This document shows, in pieces, positions 26,200 to 38,667 of a stretch of DNA of 64,000 nucleotides. How positions within the stretch are numbered: the stretch's first letter is position 1; the number at the start of each line of letters is the position of its first letter. The stretch lies in NCBI GenBank assembly GCA_030704615.1, contig CM060731.1, forward strand, positions 93,806,001-93,870,000. Reading direction: 5' to 3'. The translations under genes were made by a program, and so were the position numbers. A model generated the notes under the pieces. The model was not told the origin of the DNA, did no database searches, and worked only from the letters and a program-made list of their open reading frames with translations. The stretch comes from Takakia lepidozioides (taxonomy: Eukaryota > Plantae > Bryophyta).

Positions 26200-27080
26200 A
26201 GCGTCGGGCCTGTCCAACCAACCCTGCTCTTCCAACCCTCGATGGGTTGGTAACATTGGATCGTGCTCTCTTCATGTTCTCACTCTCTTTCTTGCCCTTG
26301 GGGGACTCCTAGTACTTCACCAATGCATCCCTATTGCAGGACTTTACACTCGGAGGGCATGGACCTCCAGCCTTCCACACCAGCTTTAACTTTTGGCGGT
26401 GTACTTTCATAATCCTCCCACATGCTTTCTGGAACTTGTCAACGCTCATAAGTTTAGGATAGTAATCAAAATCCTCGTCCATGGATTCCTTAACCTTGGC
26501 CATGTCACTGGGTTCCTGCTTGTCTACTAGCAAAATGCTAGGATCAAGATATTTGATGCAGAGTCCCCGCAAGGAGCTTTGCCAGTAATCCTTCCCCTCA
26601 CACCCCTGGTCTACTTCCCCCTTAGAGTTTAGTTGTACCTTGTGCGGCTTCAGCCCAGCAGATTTGCGGGCTTTCGCATCAGTTTCATGTTCCTTTGTAG
26701 CCAGCCTTTTTTGCCTTTTTTTGTTTGCAGCCTGCGACGCAACATCCCCTTGTTGTGTGGAATCTTGATCATCACCAGCAGGGGGGGGGTGAATGGAGGA
26801 GTAGCACCATTAAAAGGGGGGCCTGCCCACTGCCCACCAGCGGCGTTACATGGAGGGCCCCAAGTTTGGGCACTTCCTTGTACCCAAGCTCCTTGGGGTC
26901 CTCCATTGGACCCACTTGGAATCCATGACCACGTGTTCGTCGTCTGTGGAGGGGCCATGGGCTGCTGCCAGGTAGGTGGTCCTTGTTGCAGCCACGTTTG
27001 CCCACCTCTGGATTGCACCCATGGGCCATTCGGGACTTGTTGCACCCATGTCGTAGGTGGACCAGTAGCATTCGTCATAG
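26200..27080 (-). pseudogene. CACTA (En/Spm) TnpA/Ptta-like fragment with a Q/G/W-rich N-terminal repeat
   Basis: PCPPSV..DALVKY*ESPKGKKESENMKRARSNVTNPSRVGRAG resembles the Ptta/En-Spm motif WxxLxxYWxS..xSExxKxxR. Confidence 0.55.
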
Positions 27081-27197
27081 CCTCAGTCCCCCCTTCCTTT
27101 GCGCGCTTTGATGCAGCCTAACACAAGCCCCTCCACCCCACAAAGTTAGGAATTATGGAAAATAAGGTCAACCGGGCAACGAGGAGGTTTACTATTT

Positions 27198-27244
27198 CAT
27201 GAGCCCATGAGCCCATGAGCCTATGAGCCTATGAGCTCATGAGC
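27198..27244. repeat. 7-bp tandem (ATGAGCC)n; candidate left terminus of the large Mutator-like element
   Basis: gagcccatgagcccatgagcctatgagcctatgagctcatgagc; palindrome-motif DNA begins just to its right (~27349). Confidence 0.45.
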
Positions 27245-27677
27245 GGGCATCCGCGGAATTGGAATTTCCGTGCCTTTATTGACGGTGTTATGTCCTCTTA
27301 CCTCGGTAATAGGGTCTATTTCTCCTGGTCCAGGATGCGGAATGAGGTATTTCGGCGCCGTTATTCCACGTCACCACTGTAAAACATTGTGCAGGACTGG
27401 AAAGAGACACAAAATTGTAGCCCTCACAAGCCATTGTGCTGACAAGGTAATATATTCAGGGTCAGACGACAGTTGAACTTGCAAACCCCATTCAACTCAA
27501 CATCAAGCCCACATTGATATGACGCTCGAAATAAAAACATCAGGCAACCACAAGTTTTTATTTTGTACAGCGACTACTCCGAGCTTCCATCATCATAAAT
27601 ACCAGTGCGGCATAAGAAACTTGTGGAACTACCATATCCCGGAGCCTGTGCCCTCCAATCACCCTCCACAATGATCC

Positions 27678-28313
27678 TTACCGCGCTATGTTGCTGCATT
27701 GACATTCACAACACGAACCACCGAGTCGTCGAACCACAGGTCCAGAATTAGGAGTGGTGCGGTACTCATCCACTGCGCATTGCCGTTTTTCTGGATTAAG
27801 ATGGCGAACATAAAGATACAAGATATCTATAGAGGTCACGTTCGTGAAAACATGCAGATATTGGAGGCCTCCTATTGGGACCTCCTCCACAGCGTCGTGA
27901 AATTCGCAAACATCTAGGACAAACCTGTTCCGATTCTCCCTTAGTGTCAACAATATATTCCCTGGCCCAGAAGAGTGAGTGAGCAACTCAAGAGCCCTAT
28001 CCGGGAGCAAATACTGTGGAGGTGCAGTATAGTTATGGTAGTAAGACCTCCAGAACTCGCCGTAGCAACATCTCATGATGAAGAGACGAACACTCCGTCT
28101 TCCAGGTCTATCTCGCACAACAAGTATCCACTGTTGTCCACTGGCAGGCCTCACCCAAAGAGAATCCCACAGAAGTGCTCGGAAACTCGTCACCCTGCGT
28201 GTACCTTCACTGAAGTCCAACTCCACCATAATGTCTCCCATCACCGGCTCACGCAATCGCGATCCTCCAATCCCGTTCCGTCGAATGCAGAAGGCATTTA
28301 CACAGGGCGGCAT
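27678..28313 (-). CDS. Hypothetical 211-aa cargo ORF, no recognisable domain
   Basis: ATG-started open frame of normal composition lying between palindrome-motif blocks. Confidence 0.35.
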   Translation of the reverse strand: MPPCVNAFCIRRNGIGGSRLREPVMGDIMVELDFSEGTRRVTSFRALLWDSLWVRPASGQQWILVVRDRPGRRSVRLFIMRCCYGEFWRSYYHNYTAPPQYLLPDRALELLTHSSGPGNILLTLRENRNRFVLDVCEFHDAVEEVPIGGLQYLHVFTNVTSIDILYLYVRHLNPEKRQCAVDEYRTTPNSGPVVRRLGGSCCECQCSNIAR

Positions 28314-28587
28314 TGAGGAAGTGTGCGCCCACCGGGAATGGAGAGGGACAAGTAATCACTGTTGTTTTTAAACACGGAGATGCAAACATTGAAAACCCAA
28401 TGCGGAAAACCTTCTCAGGTGATCTTCTCTGGGGCAACAGCAATACGTGCCCCCATTGGCCAGCAACGGCTACCCACACAGGCGATCGAAAATGAGTGGG
28501 GCTAGAAGGGGCTCGACAGAGAAGGTGCCACGACATTACGGGAAGAAATTGTGCTAAAACCACCGTCGTCCTAAAACCACCGACCTT

Positions 28588-28875
28588 GGTATTTCGGCGC
28601 CGAAATTCCCAAGAGCAGTGTGCTAAAGTGGTGTTTTGAAGACATCCACCGGGGTATTTCGGCACCGAAATCTCCTCTTAAAATGTGATATAGTGCGGTA
28701 TTTTATGGCGCAGAGCAGGCTATTTCGGCGCCGAAATACCCTAGTGGAATGTGCTAAAGTGCCTTGTGCTGAAGGCTTCCATCGTGATATTTTGGTGCAG
28801 TAATTCCTTCGTGGAATTTTATAAGGCCCATATTATGAAGGCGCACACTGGGCTATTTCGGCACAGAAATTCCCA
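28588..28875. repeat. Five copies of TATTTCGGCGCCGAAAT at 65-67-bp spacing
   Basis: Cores at 28596, 28661, 28727, 28794 and 28860. Confidence 0.85.
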
Positions 28876-29117
28876 ATAGGAATGTTAGAAACGGCAGGGT
28901 TTCATGGCTTCAAGTTCCCGGCTCGCTGGTGTGCATAAATTACTTGTAGGGTTCTTTACTTAAGTTTGCGTCTCTTCTGCTTTTATTATACATTTAGGTT
29001 GCCGGAAGAAATGTAGGGAATCGGACATGCAGTCTGAACACAATGATTTTTGAAATCGTCAATATTTTCTTTAAGTGTTTCAGAACTGTACAACAAAAGG
29101 ATCCAAATGAGACTTTG

Positions 29118-31130
29118 CTATGGTGAGGATCCGCGATCACTGTCCGATGCATCCCCGGCCTCATGCAAGGATGGCTGCCTTCCACCTGCCTCCGAACCTG
29201 CACTGCCGCTACCGCTGTTACTCTGAGAAGCCCTCCCCTCAAAAATACCATCCTCACCAGCCGGAACTGTCCACCTGGGTGCGGAACTATCCTCATCATC
29301 CCCCTTGCTCTCGGACACGGATTCTATGACGAACTTGCCTACTCTGCCTTTCACAATTGTATGTTTGGCCTCACGCCTCATTATAATTCTGTGCTCATTC
29401 CCGAATATCAATTGTTCAAACCGAGTAGGCCTATCCTCCCTCCTGATGGCTTCTCTGGCAGCCGTGTCTGCATAGGCTGGTAGAAAAAAGGGCTTATGGG
29501 GACTCGCGAGAAACGATTATCTGGCAAAGAATGGCCGATGCGATTTTGTCTCCTCCTCTGCAACAGGGTCCGATTCGGGCAAGTCTCCCAGCATTTTCTC
29601 GTCGGACGACTCTGCAAGGCTGAGTGTACCATGCAAGGCATGCAAACATAGAATGAAGCACATTAGAGCATTCAAACAGGGAATCATCGGCAGGTTGCAT
29701 GGTCCCTACAACCGAAAACAATACACTTACTATGGTGCAACTCACTCGAAGACAGGCATTGGAGGAAGCGGCTTCGGGCGCCCCTGCATCGTACGAATTT
29801 CTTGGACTTCCTCCTCTTCCTCTTCCTCCTCCCCTTCCATGTCCTCTTCTGCGTTTTTGGGATCCTCAATCGGAGGCAGACGCTGTAGGCCCGCCAAATT
29901 GAAATCGTACAAGGCCGTATCCCCCTCAAATGAGAACACAAATTGGTTGGACATCCTTCCCGCCCACATACAGGCACCTGTGAATTCATACGACACAAGC
30001 ACAGACAAACTCAAGAATGAGTCGCTTCCTCGCACAAGCAAACATACACAATCGGAAATGGTGTCAATTTCGGTGCTGCAATCACTTAACGCTCTCACCT
30101 GTATTTGCAGTGACGTCGAGGACCTTGCCTTCAACATCCGTACATGTTTCCATGAGCGTCTGGATGAATGCAGGACTCCTGGTCCTGCCATACCTCCACG
30201 GCTTGCCCGACAAATCACAAAGCATGTCCTTCTCTCCCACATGGTTGAAGAGGACGTTATACTCTAGTGGATCAACTGTGGAATCAACAAGTCTTCCTGC
30301 TTGACGTAATTTGAATTTCGAATGTTCCTTCACGAAGCAGAATGCCTGAAAGATAAGAGTCTGCAAAGAAGGAAATGAAAACGTCAGAGGTGGCCTACAC
30401 GTACATGGGCAATTTTGGCGCAGAAATTGGCATAGCAGAGGAGAACCACAGCATACTTTCTGGCCATCGTTTAGAAGACCCTGCGTGTTGATGCAAGTCC
30501 AGATCTTTTTTAGGATGGGTGCTGCACTTCTCCCCGTCCATAGATATCATTCTCAGTGACTTCTCCATCGGCTGCTAGCACAACAACACAGCCAACGTCG
30601 TCCAACATGTTGGCTGCGAACCCGAATGTGTGGCTCCAGTATCTTTCGTCGTACTTGTTCCACCAGGGTAGTGAGCCCAGCCCCAGTATCTCCTGCCCAT
30701 CCGGGATATCCCAAGGACCATGTCGATGGAGGCTTTCACCGCCCTGCCCCCGACTGTGCTCTTTTTGCCGTGGCTCATCGCCACAAAATACTCCATCATC
30801 TTTGTGTAGCCAGGAGTGTCCTCCATATCATTGCCAGTGGCCTTCCTCTTCCCCTTCCCCTGGTGGGCCTCGATCGCCTTCCTCAATCCCGTTATTTCCA
30901 GCCTTCTGGTCAGAGCAGTTAGGAAATTTTCATTAACACACTCCACAATTGTGGGTGTTTAGAGGACTTCCCTGCCCGCAATGTGCACCGCACGGTAGGG
31001 TCTGCCAGGTGCATCCTCGCATAGTGATCTCTTCGCAGACGAACCCCCGGAGCGCTGGCCCTTGTGAATTTTTGGACGAGGTGTGGCCCCCTGGGTGTTA
31101 TCCTGCTGGAAATCGTCGTCGGAATCCTCG
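29118..31130 (-). pseudogene. 3' exons of the cargo gene: permuted (beta-class-like) amino-DNA-methyltransferase fold plus acidic tail
   Basis: SIDMVLxDIPDG (motif IV position, 1-nt frameshift), ANMLDDVGCVVVL, then via introns 30456-30361 and 30098-29978 RSPAFIQTLMETCTDVEGKVLDVTANT|GACMWAGRMSNQFVFSFEGD (motifs X/I/II). Confidence 0.65.
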
Positions 31131-31914
31131 TGTCGCGGCCCTTTGCCTTGAGGGCAGGGGGTCGGGACACATGAGGGGCTGCCCCTGTGGTGGGGGCAGC
31201 GGCAGCGGTAGGTATGGGGGGCTGAAGCACCCTTTGAGTGCCCAAGGCACTCAAGGAGGCGGAGGCGCTCACTAGGTGGAGCCCTGCACACCGGGTTGCG
31301 GTGGGGGTGGCTCCACAAGGGGTGGTGGTAGCTTAGCGGGACTTAGTGGGGGTGGCATAGGACTCACCATGGGGGCAGAGACCTCGTGGTGGGAGTCGTG
31401 GGGAGTCTTGCGACTCATCACGGTCCATAGGGGCCGTGATGAGTGGGCCAAGACTCACCGCGACTCATCACCGGGAGTCGAGGGTTTTCGTGGTGGTTCG
31501 CCATAAAATGGGATGGCTGGTTGTGAAACCCCCGCGGACAGCTACAAAAGTATATATAGGGGGAGTAGTAACCCCGAGAACGGTGCAAGCCCGTTGGTGA
31601 CCAAAAACTAGTGAGTGAGCGAGCGTGCCGGAAAGCGACCAAAGAGTGGGGAGCTGTTCCGGACTGCCATCTACCAAAGGGAATTCCACTAGGCCCAAAT
31701 AGGTGGAGGGTTTAGTGGGGGAGCGAAGGGGGACCGTTATGTCCCGGTGAGCAGCCGAAGCTCCAAGTTGGCCCGGCGGCCAGGTTGGGAGTCAGGCGCG
31801 CGCATCAAAGCGAGTAACTATGACTTGAAGGGGAGTTTACCGAAGTGAGGTGCGCGACACTTGGTATCAGAGCTTAGAGTTCAGTATGCGATCGTCTTTG
31901 GGATTGGCCTCATC

Positions 31915-34900
31915 ATGGGGTTGGGCAAGCCAAAGCGAAAGCGGAACGGCCCAAAAGATGATGATCCTGGTGAGCCCGATGGGGCGACGTGTCACCGAGG
32001 CGGCCGTTTGAGGAAGCGATGCATGTTTCCGAAAACGAGGCCGCTCAAGAGCGGGAGGAATCCGAGGAGTCGGAGCCCGAGGAATCCTTGAGAGCTCCGA
32101 CAAACCAAGAGATGCCTCCCATGCCGGCAGCCTTTTGGGAAGGGTTGTTGGCGCAGTTTGGCGGGACGTTGAAAGACGTGTTGAAGGCGGCTAATGCCAC
32201 TTCCACTAAGGCAAAGTTTAAGGTGAAGCCTAAGGAACCCGACACCTTCGAGGGCGTCCGAAATCGGAAGGCACTCAACACCTGGCTCCTGGAGCTAGAG
32301 CAGTACTTCCGGGCGGCCAAGTTGAGTGACGAGGATCGGGTGGAAGTGGCTCCCACCTATTTGAGGGGCTATGCTCAACAATGGTGGCAGAAACGCCTTC
32401 ACGACCGAGGTCCAAGTCCGGAAACCTTGAACTGGAATGGGTTCAAGGAATTGATGAAGAGACAGTTTGTGCCCCTCAATGCGTCCTGGCTTGCCCGGGA
32501 CAAGATGAGGAATTTGAAGCAAACAGATGACATTCGGGGATATGTCCAAGCTTTCAATGTGTTGTTGCTCGAAGTCACGGATATGGCGGAACCAGAAATG
32601 GTCTTCAACTTTGTGGCGGGGTTGGCCCCATGGGCCAGGCGGAAGTTGGAGGAGAAGCCACCCAAGACTTTGAACGAGGCAATTGAGAGGGCTGAATGTT
32701 TCTCAGATGTCCCTAGGGGTGAAAGACAAGGCCGTACGGAGCTGAACCACAAGAAGACCCGGCGGGAAGGTGACTCCTTCCGACCGGAAAAGAAGTGGGA
32801 TAGGCCACGCGGCGACAACAGCATGTGGAAATCGAAGGGAGGGCCATCACAAGTCAAGGCGGCACCCGGTGCTTCAAAAGGAAAAGCGGGTGGAGCGGCC
32901 TATGGCGGACAGAAGGCAACCTTTGATGGAGTGTGTTTCAATTGTGGGGAGCCCGGGCACATGGCCAAGAAGTGCACGAAGCCCCGGCAATTGAACATGA
33001 CTCGGGCGACCACAGAACTGTCGGAAGATACCATCAGTCGCTTGGTGGAAGCGGTGGTCGCCAGGACTTGCAAGGTAGGCAAATATTCTTGTGAGTTGTA
33101 TCAGGAAACTGGCGCATTGCGTAGAGGGAGTCACTTATTGTTCGTGGATGGGATAATATCCGGAACTAACGTGTCATTGTTGGTGGACACAGGAGCATCG
33201 CACTCCTTCATGACACCGGCAACGGCACAAAAGCTGGGACTCCCAACAACTGACGTAGGGGCCTCTATTGAGGTGCATTCTGCCAAAGGAGAACCGCAAT
33301 TGGCGACGAGGTTGGCGTTCGATGTTCCTCTTCAACTGGGGAGTTGGGAGGGACGTGAGAACTTCACCGTCTGCGATATCGATGGAGTGGATCTCATTTT
33401 GGGGATGACCTTTTTGAGCAAATCCGGAGCGGTCATAGATGGCCGCAAGAGGGTAGTCACGCTGCCATGTTGGAATGGTGGCGAGGTCTTACGAGTTTCG
33501 GAAACGCCCAAACCCGTGGGAGGGCGAATAAACCTTCTATCAGCAAGGGAGTGGGCCGTGGAGGAGGCACACGAGCCCCAGTTTTTGCTCTACATTAGAG
33601 AAGTGAAGGGAGAAGGCGATGGAGAGCCGAGCCCAGATTGGATCAAGGGGATTTTGGAGAAATACCATGATGTGATGCCGGAGGATTTGCCAAGCGGCTT
33701 GCCACCGCGAAGAGGAGTTGACCACAAGATTGAGGTGATACCGGGATCGGAACCGCCTGCCAAGGCGCCCTACCGGTTGAGCCACAGAGAGTTGGTTGAG
33801 CTGAAGACTCAGCTCAAAGATCTAATGTCAAAGGGAAACATCCGGCCGAGTAAGTCACCTTACGGAGCCCCGGTGCTATTTGCAGATAAAAAGGATGGGA
33901 CGCTGCGGATGTGTGTCGACTACAGGGCTCTGCATAAGGTGACTATAAAAAACCGGTACCCTTTGCCAAGGATCGACGACCTTTTCGATCGGTTGGCAGG
34001 AGCGAAGTATTTCAGCCGGATCGATCTGCGCTCCGGCTATCATCAAATTCGAGTGGCGGAAGGAGATGAGGAGAAGACCGCGTGCAGGACAAGGTATGGT
34101 TCATACGAGTTTTTGGTGATGCCTTTTGGGCTCACCAATGCACCCGCGACCTTTAGCACGCTAATGAACAGCCTTTTTCAGGAGTGGTTGGATGACTTTG
34201 TGATCGTGTACATCGACGACATCTTGGTGTACTCGAAAACAAAGGAGGAGCACCTGGAGCATCTCAAAAGGGTGTTCCCACTCACCGCAAAAGGGTGACC
34301 CCAATGGACCGTGATGAGTCCCAAGACTCCCTACAACTCCCACCTCGAGGTCTCCACCCCATGGTGAGTCCTAAGCCACCCCCACTAAGTCCCGCTAAGC
34401 TACCACCACCCCTTGTGGAGCCACCCCTACCGCAACCCGGTGTGCAGGGCTCCACCTAGTGAGCGCCTCCGCCTCCTTGAGTGCCTTGGGCACTCAAGGG
34501 TGCTTCAGCCCCCGTACCTATCGCTGCTACTGCCCCCACCACAGGGGCAGCCCCTCTTGTGTCCCGACCCCCCCCCTGCCCTCAAGGCAAAGGGCCGCGA
34601 CACTGTATGCCAAAGCTTCAAAGTGCGAATTCGGGGTCACAAAAGTGGAGTTCTTGGGGCATGTGATTACACAGGATGGGATCAAAATGGATGACAGAAA
34701 GGTGAGGGCGATCTTGGACTGGGAGCCTCCGACTTCGGTCCCGGGAGTGCGATCCTTCCTAGGACTCGCCTCCTATTACCGGAAGTATGTGAGAAATTTC
34801 GCCAAGATCACGGGGCCGCTATCCGACCTTCTGTGTAAATCCAAAGTCTGGGCATGGAACACTTTTTGTGGCCAAGCTTTTGCTGAATTGAAGCAGCGGA

Positions 34901-36774
34901 TGGCGGAAGCTCCAGTCTTGAAAATCCCCGAGTTCGATCGTCCATTTGAGATTCATATAGATGCATCGGACTTCGCGATTGGGGGTGTACTTATGCAAGA
35001 TGGACGTCCAGTGGCTTACGAAAGTAAGAAACTGAATGAAGTGGAGCGACGGTGGCCGACGCATGAAAAAGAGATGAAGGCGGTGGTGCATTGCCTTGAG
35101 CTCTGGCGCCACTATGTTGGTTCCAACCCAGTGAAGGTGTTCACGGACAATGTCACGGTGAAGTATTTTGCCATGCAGCCCAAGTTGTCCCCAAAACAAC
35201 TTAGGTGGCAAGATACTTTGGCAGTGTTCGACGTGGATATCCAATACAAACCGGGACGAGACAACGTGGTAGCCGATGCTTTAAGTAGAAAGCAGCAGCT
35301 CTTGTTGGTGCACAGGGGCGAGACGGCGCTCCAAAGGAAGATCCGCAAAGCTTGCCGGAAGGATGAGCTTGCGAAGTCCGTGATGCATGACTTGAGGATG
35401 GGGGTTAAATCGCAGTTCCACTTGCAAAATGGACTGCTCCGGTATAAGCAAAAGCGTCTCTACGTGCCGAAGGGAGGGATCAGGGATAGTCTCTTGAGAG
35501 AATGCCATGATAGCCCGCTTGCAGGCCACGGCGGAGCCAAGCGCACTGCGGCACTCTTGAAGAAAGAGTATTTCTGGCCCAAACTGAGGGAGGAGGCAGA
35601 GGAGTATGTCAAGACATGCACCACATGCCAACAAAACCGGAGCGAGTACAAAAAGCAAGCGGGGCTGTTACAACCCTTGCCGATTCCAGAGGGGACTTGG
35701 GAAAGCATCTCGATGGATTTCATGACTGCTATGCCGCTGTCAAAAGGATGCAATCATGGTGGTGGTGGATAGGTTCAGTAAAATGGGCCATCTCATCCCC
35801 ACCAAGGAGACGGCAACGGCGCAGGAGACAGGGCGACTTTACTTTGCCCACGTCTTAAAGCATCATGGAGTCCCGAAGGATATTGTCTCGGACCGCGATC
35901 CAAAGTTTACCAGTAAATTTGGAGGACACTTTGGAAGAAGATGGGGACGAGGCTGAAGATGAGCACCGCATTCCAACCTACGACGGACGGCCAAACGGAA
36001 AGAGTGAATTCCGTAGTGAAGCAATTCTTGCGGAATTACGTGTCGGCAGACCAATCAGACTGGATGGAACACTTAGACGCGGCAGAAATCTGTTATAATA
36101 ACACAAAACACTCCACAACGGGAGTTTCTCCTTTCGTATTGGTCTATGGAAAAGCACCTCTGGTGCCGACAAGTTGGGCCGCCCAGGACGTTGAGGAACC
36201 GGCAGTAGCGGAGGTACTAGAAAAACGCGAGCGTTTGTTGAAGCTCGCAAAGTACAACATTGCCAAAGCTAGGAAACGGTATGAAAGGCAGGCGAATCGG
36301 AAGCGGAGGGAAGTGAAGTTTGAGGCAGGCACGGAGGTCTGGTTGAACATCAAGAATTTCCGACTACCTCCGGAAGTGAGTCCGAAGTTCGTACCTCCAT
36401 ATGCGGGACCCTTTCGCATTCGGAAGGTCATGAATGAGGATGTGTATGAATTGGAGCTGGCGGCAAACAGCAAGGTGCACCCAATATTCCATGTCTCCCT
36501 TTTGAAGCCTTACTTCAAAGACGAAGTGCGTCCGAATCGGCATCAAGTGTTGCGTCCGCCACCTATGCTGTTGGATCATGAAAATGAACCTGAGTACGAG
36601 GTGGAGGCAATACTTAAGTCGAGGAGGTTCAAGAACCAAGAAACGGAGTATCTCATCAAATGGAAGGGCTATCATCAGGTGGAGGCATCTTGGGTGCGTG
36701 CCTTAGAAATGGGAAACGCATCCGAGGCGGTTGCAGTTTTCGAAGGGCGACCTCAAAAGCGGAAGAAGCGTTGA
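31915..36774 (+). pseudogene. gag-pol polyprotein (Gag CCHC, protease, RT, RNase H, integrase, chromodomain), disrupted
   Basis: [14 protein letters not shown]; LVDTGASH; YIDD; IDASDFAIGGVL; HHCC; SMDF; SDRD; GQTER; YAGPFRI; YEVEAIL..YLIKWKGY. Frameshifts near 31985, 35750 and 35925; insertion 34277-34602. Confidence 0.95.
34277..34602 (-). mobile_element. Partial inverted LTR inside RT, copied from 46294-46611
   Basis: Shares private variants (ctacaactcc, cctaagcc, cccctaccgc) and the downstream ctgtatgcc junction with the 45894-46611 LTR. Confidence 0.9.
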
Positions 36775-38406
36775 TGGGGACATCAACCTTGGAGCGTGGG
36801 GGAGGAAATGCATGCTTAGCCCGGCTTAGCTAGCTAGGAATCCGATTGCAAAAACTTGTATTGTACAAAACGTGCTATAAATGAAATGGCTTCCAAATAT
36901 TGTGCGTCCTATTTTGTTTGGAATGTTGATGCATGGTATGGTTGGCTAGTGTGTAGAATGCATGCCAGCTTATAAAAGTGGGAGAGGTAAATTGGGTTAA
37001 CCGTGTGTTTGCGTAGTGCCGAAATCGGGTGACCCCCATCCAAGGGGCAAGGAAACTTGTGCCTTCTTTGGGAGTTCACGTGCTAGTGCGCACCTGGCGC
37101 GTGCGCGTACTATAACTACGCTACCGAGAGGGTTGCCTTGTAGTGCGGGCTAACGCGGAAGCTACGTGCTTCCGTTCACGTACTATAATCGTGTAGCCTC
37201 GGGACGAAGTCGTAGTGCGGCTTTGGCGTGTTCCCGTACCTTAGGCCAGCATTCCAAGGCGGACCCAATTGTAGTGATTGGGGCGCACGGTTGGTTCAAG
37301 GTTATCTTCCTAGTCAAAGAGGGTTCCAGGTGAACCCTTGCTCAAGGTGATGCCAAAAGCGGCATCGAGAGCGGTCGCAAGCAATGTTGTTGCAGTAAGG
37401 CGATTTGATCCTCGGGGAGGATCGTTCCTTGGCCTTGAAGTAGGCCAAGAAGAGTGCACTGGGAGGAGCTTGAGAGGCTCCACCCTTGGCCGGGACTTGG
37501 AGGAAGTCGGCCGAACTAGCTAGTGGAGAGTAGAGTCAAGTGTGGGGTTTGGTTCTTTGCCATGGGACGCTATGGTACGGAAACAAACTCCTTGATGTGG
37601 GACGCCACAACTTGGATGTTCATTTCTACAAAATGGACAAGTCGATGAGGACATCGACTCCCTGTTGGTAGGGGTGTGTGTCGCGGCCCTTTGCCTTGAG
37701 GACAGGGGGTCGGGACACATGAGGGGCTGCCCCTGTGGTGGGGGCAGCGGCAGCGGTAGGTATGGGGGGCTGAAGCATCCTTGAGTGCCCAAGGCACTCA
37801 AGGAGGCGGAGGCGCTCACTAGGTGGAGCCCCGCACACCGGGTTGTGGTGGGGGTGGCTCCACAAGGGGTGGTGGTAGCTTAGCGGGACTTAGTGGGGGT
37901 GGCATAGGACTCACCATGGGGGCGGAGACCTCGTGGTGGGAGTCGTGGGGAGTCTTGGGACTCATCACGGTCCATAGGGGCCGTGATGAGTGGGCCAAGA
38001 CTCACCGCGACTCATCACCGGGAGTCGAGGGTTTTCGTGGTGGTTCGCCATAAAATGGGATGGCTGGTTGTGAAACCCCCGCGGACAGCTACAAAAGTAT
38101 ATATAGGGGGAGTAGTAACCCCGAGAACGGTGCAAGCCCGTTGGTGACCAAAAACTAGTGAGTGAGCGAGCGTGCCGGAAAGTGACCAAAGAGTGGGGAG
38201 CTGTTCCGGACTGCCATCTACCAAAGGGAATTCCACTAGGCCCAAATAGGTGGAGGGTTTAGTGGGGGAGCAAAGGGGGACCGTTATGTCCCGGTGAGCA
38301 GCCGAAGCTCCAAGTTGGCCCGGCGTCCAGGTTGGGAGTCAGGCGCGCGCATCAAAGTGAGTAACTATGACTTGAAGGGGAGTTTACCGAAGTGAGGTGC
38401 GCGACA

Positions 38407-38667
38407 CCTCGTCATCTGGCTGACTATGTTGCTGCTTCTTCTTCTTGGGTGTGGGGGTCTTCGTCTCTTGCCCCTATTTGCGCAATCTTTTCTTCTTGTC
38501 CTTGGGCTGCTCAGCTGCCTGCTTCTCCATCTGCTCCTTCGCCAACGCTGCCGCCTTGGCTAACTTTCTCAGTGCTTTCTGCTTGGCTGCCTCCTCTGCT
38601 TTCAGTCTTTCCGCGTCCTCTGGTTGGGGATCCGATTGCGCCTTCATAGCCCTGGCATTTGCTTCCT
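38407..38667 (-). pseudogene. Middle (K/E/A-rich linker) segment of the ParB-MTase cargo gene
   Basis: [24 protein letters not shown] continues in frame into EDSDDDFQ at 31130 once the CCTCG-flanked element is removed. Confidence 0.75.

Larger units (their letters stand above)
31131..38406 (+). mobile_element. Full-length Ty3/Gypsy chromovirus (Galadriel-like), LTRs 31131-31859 and 37679-38406, TSD CCTCG
   Basis: TG..CA LTRs that are near-identical; PBS tggtatcagagc 31862-31873; PPT-like ggtaggggtgtg 37667-37678; CCTCG at 31126-31130 and 38407-38411. Confidence 0.97.

Noticed and set aside
31131-31859. Recurrent Pro/Gly-rich ORFs (MSASASLSALG.., MEPRTPGCGG.., MWSHPHRNP..)
   Set aside because: They fall inside the GC-rich LTR copies and recur only because the LTR does.
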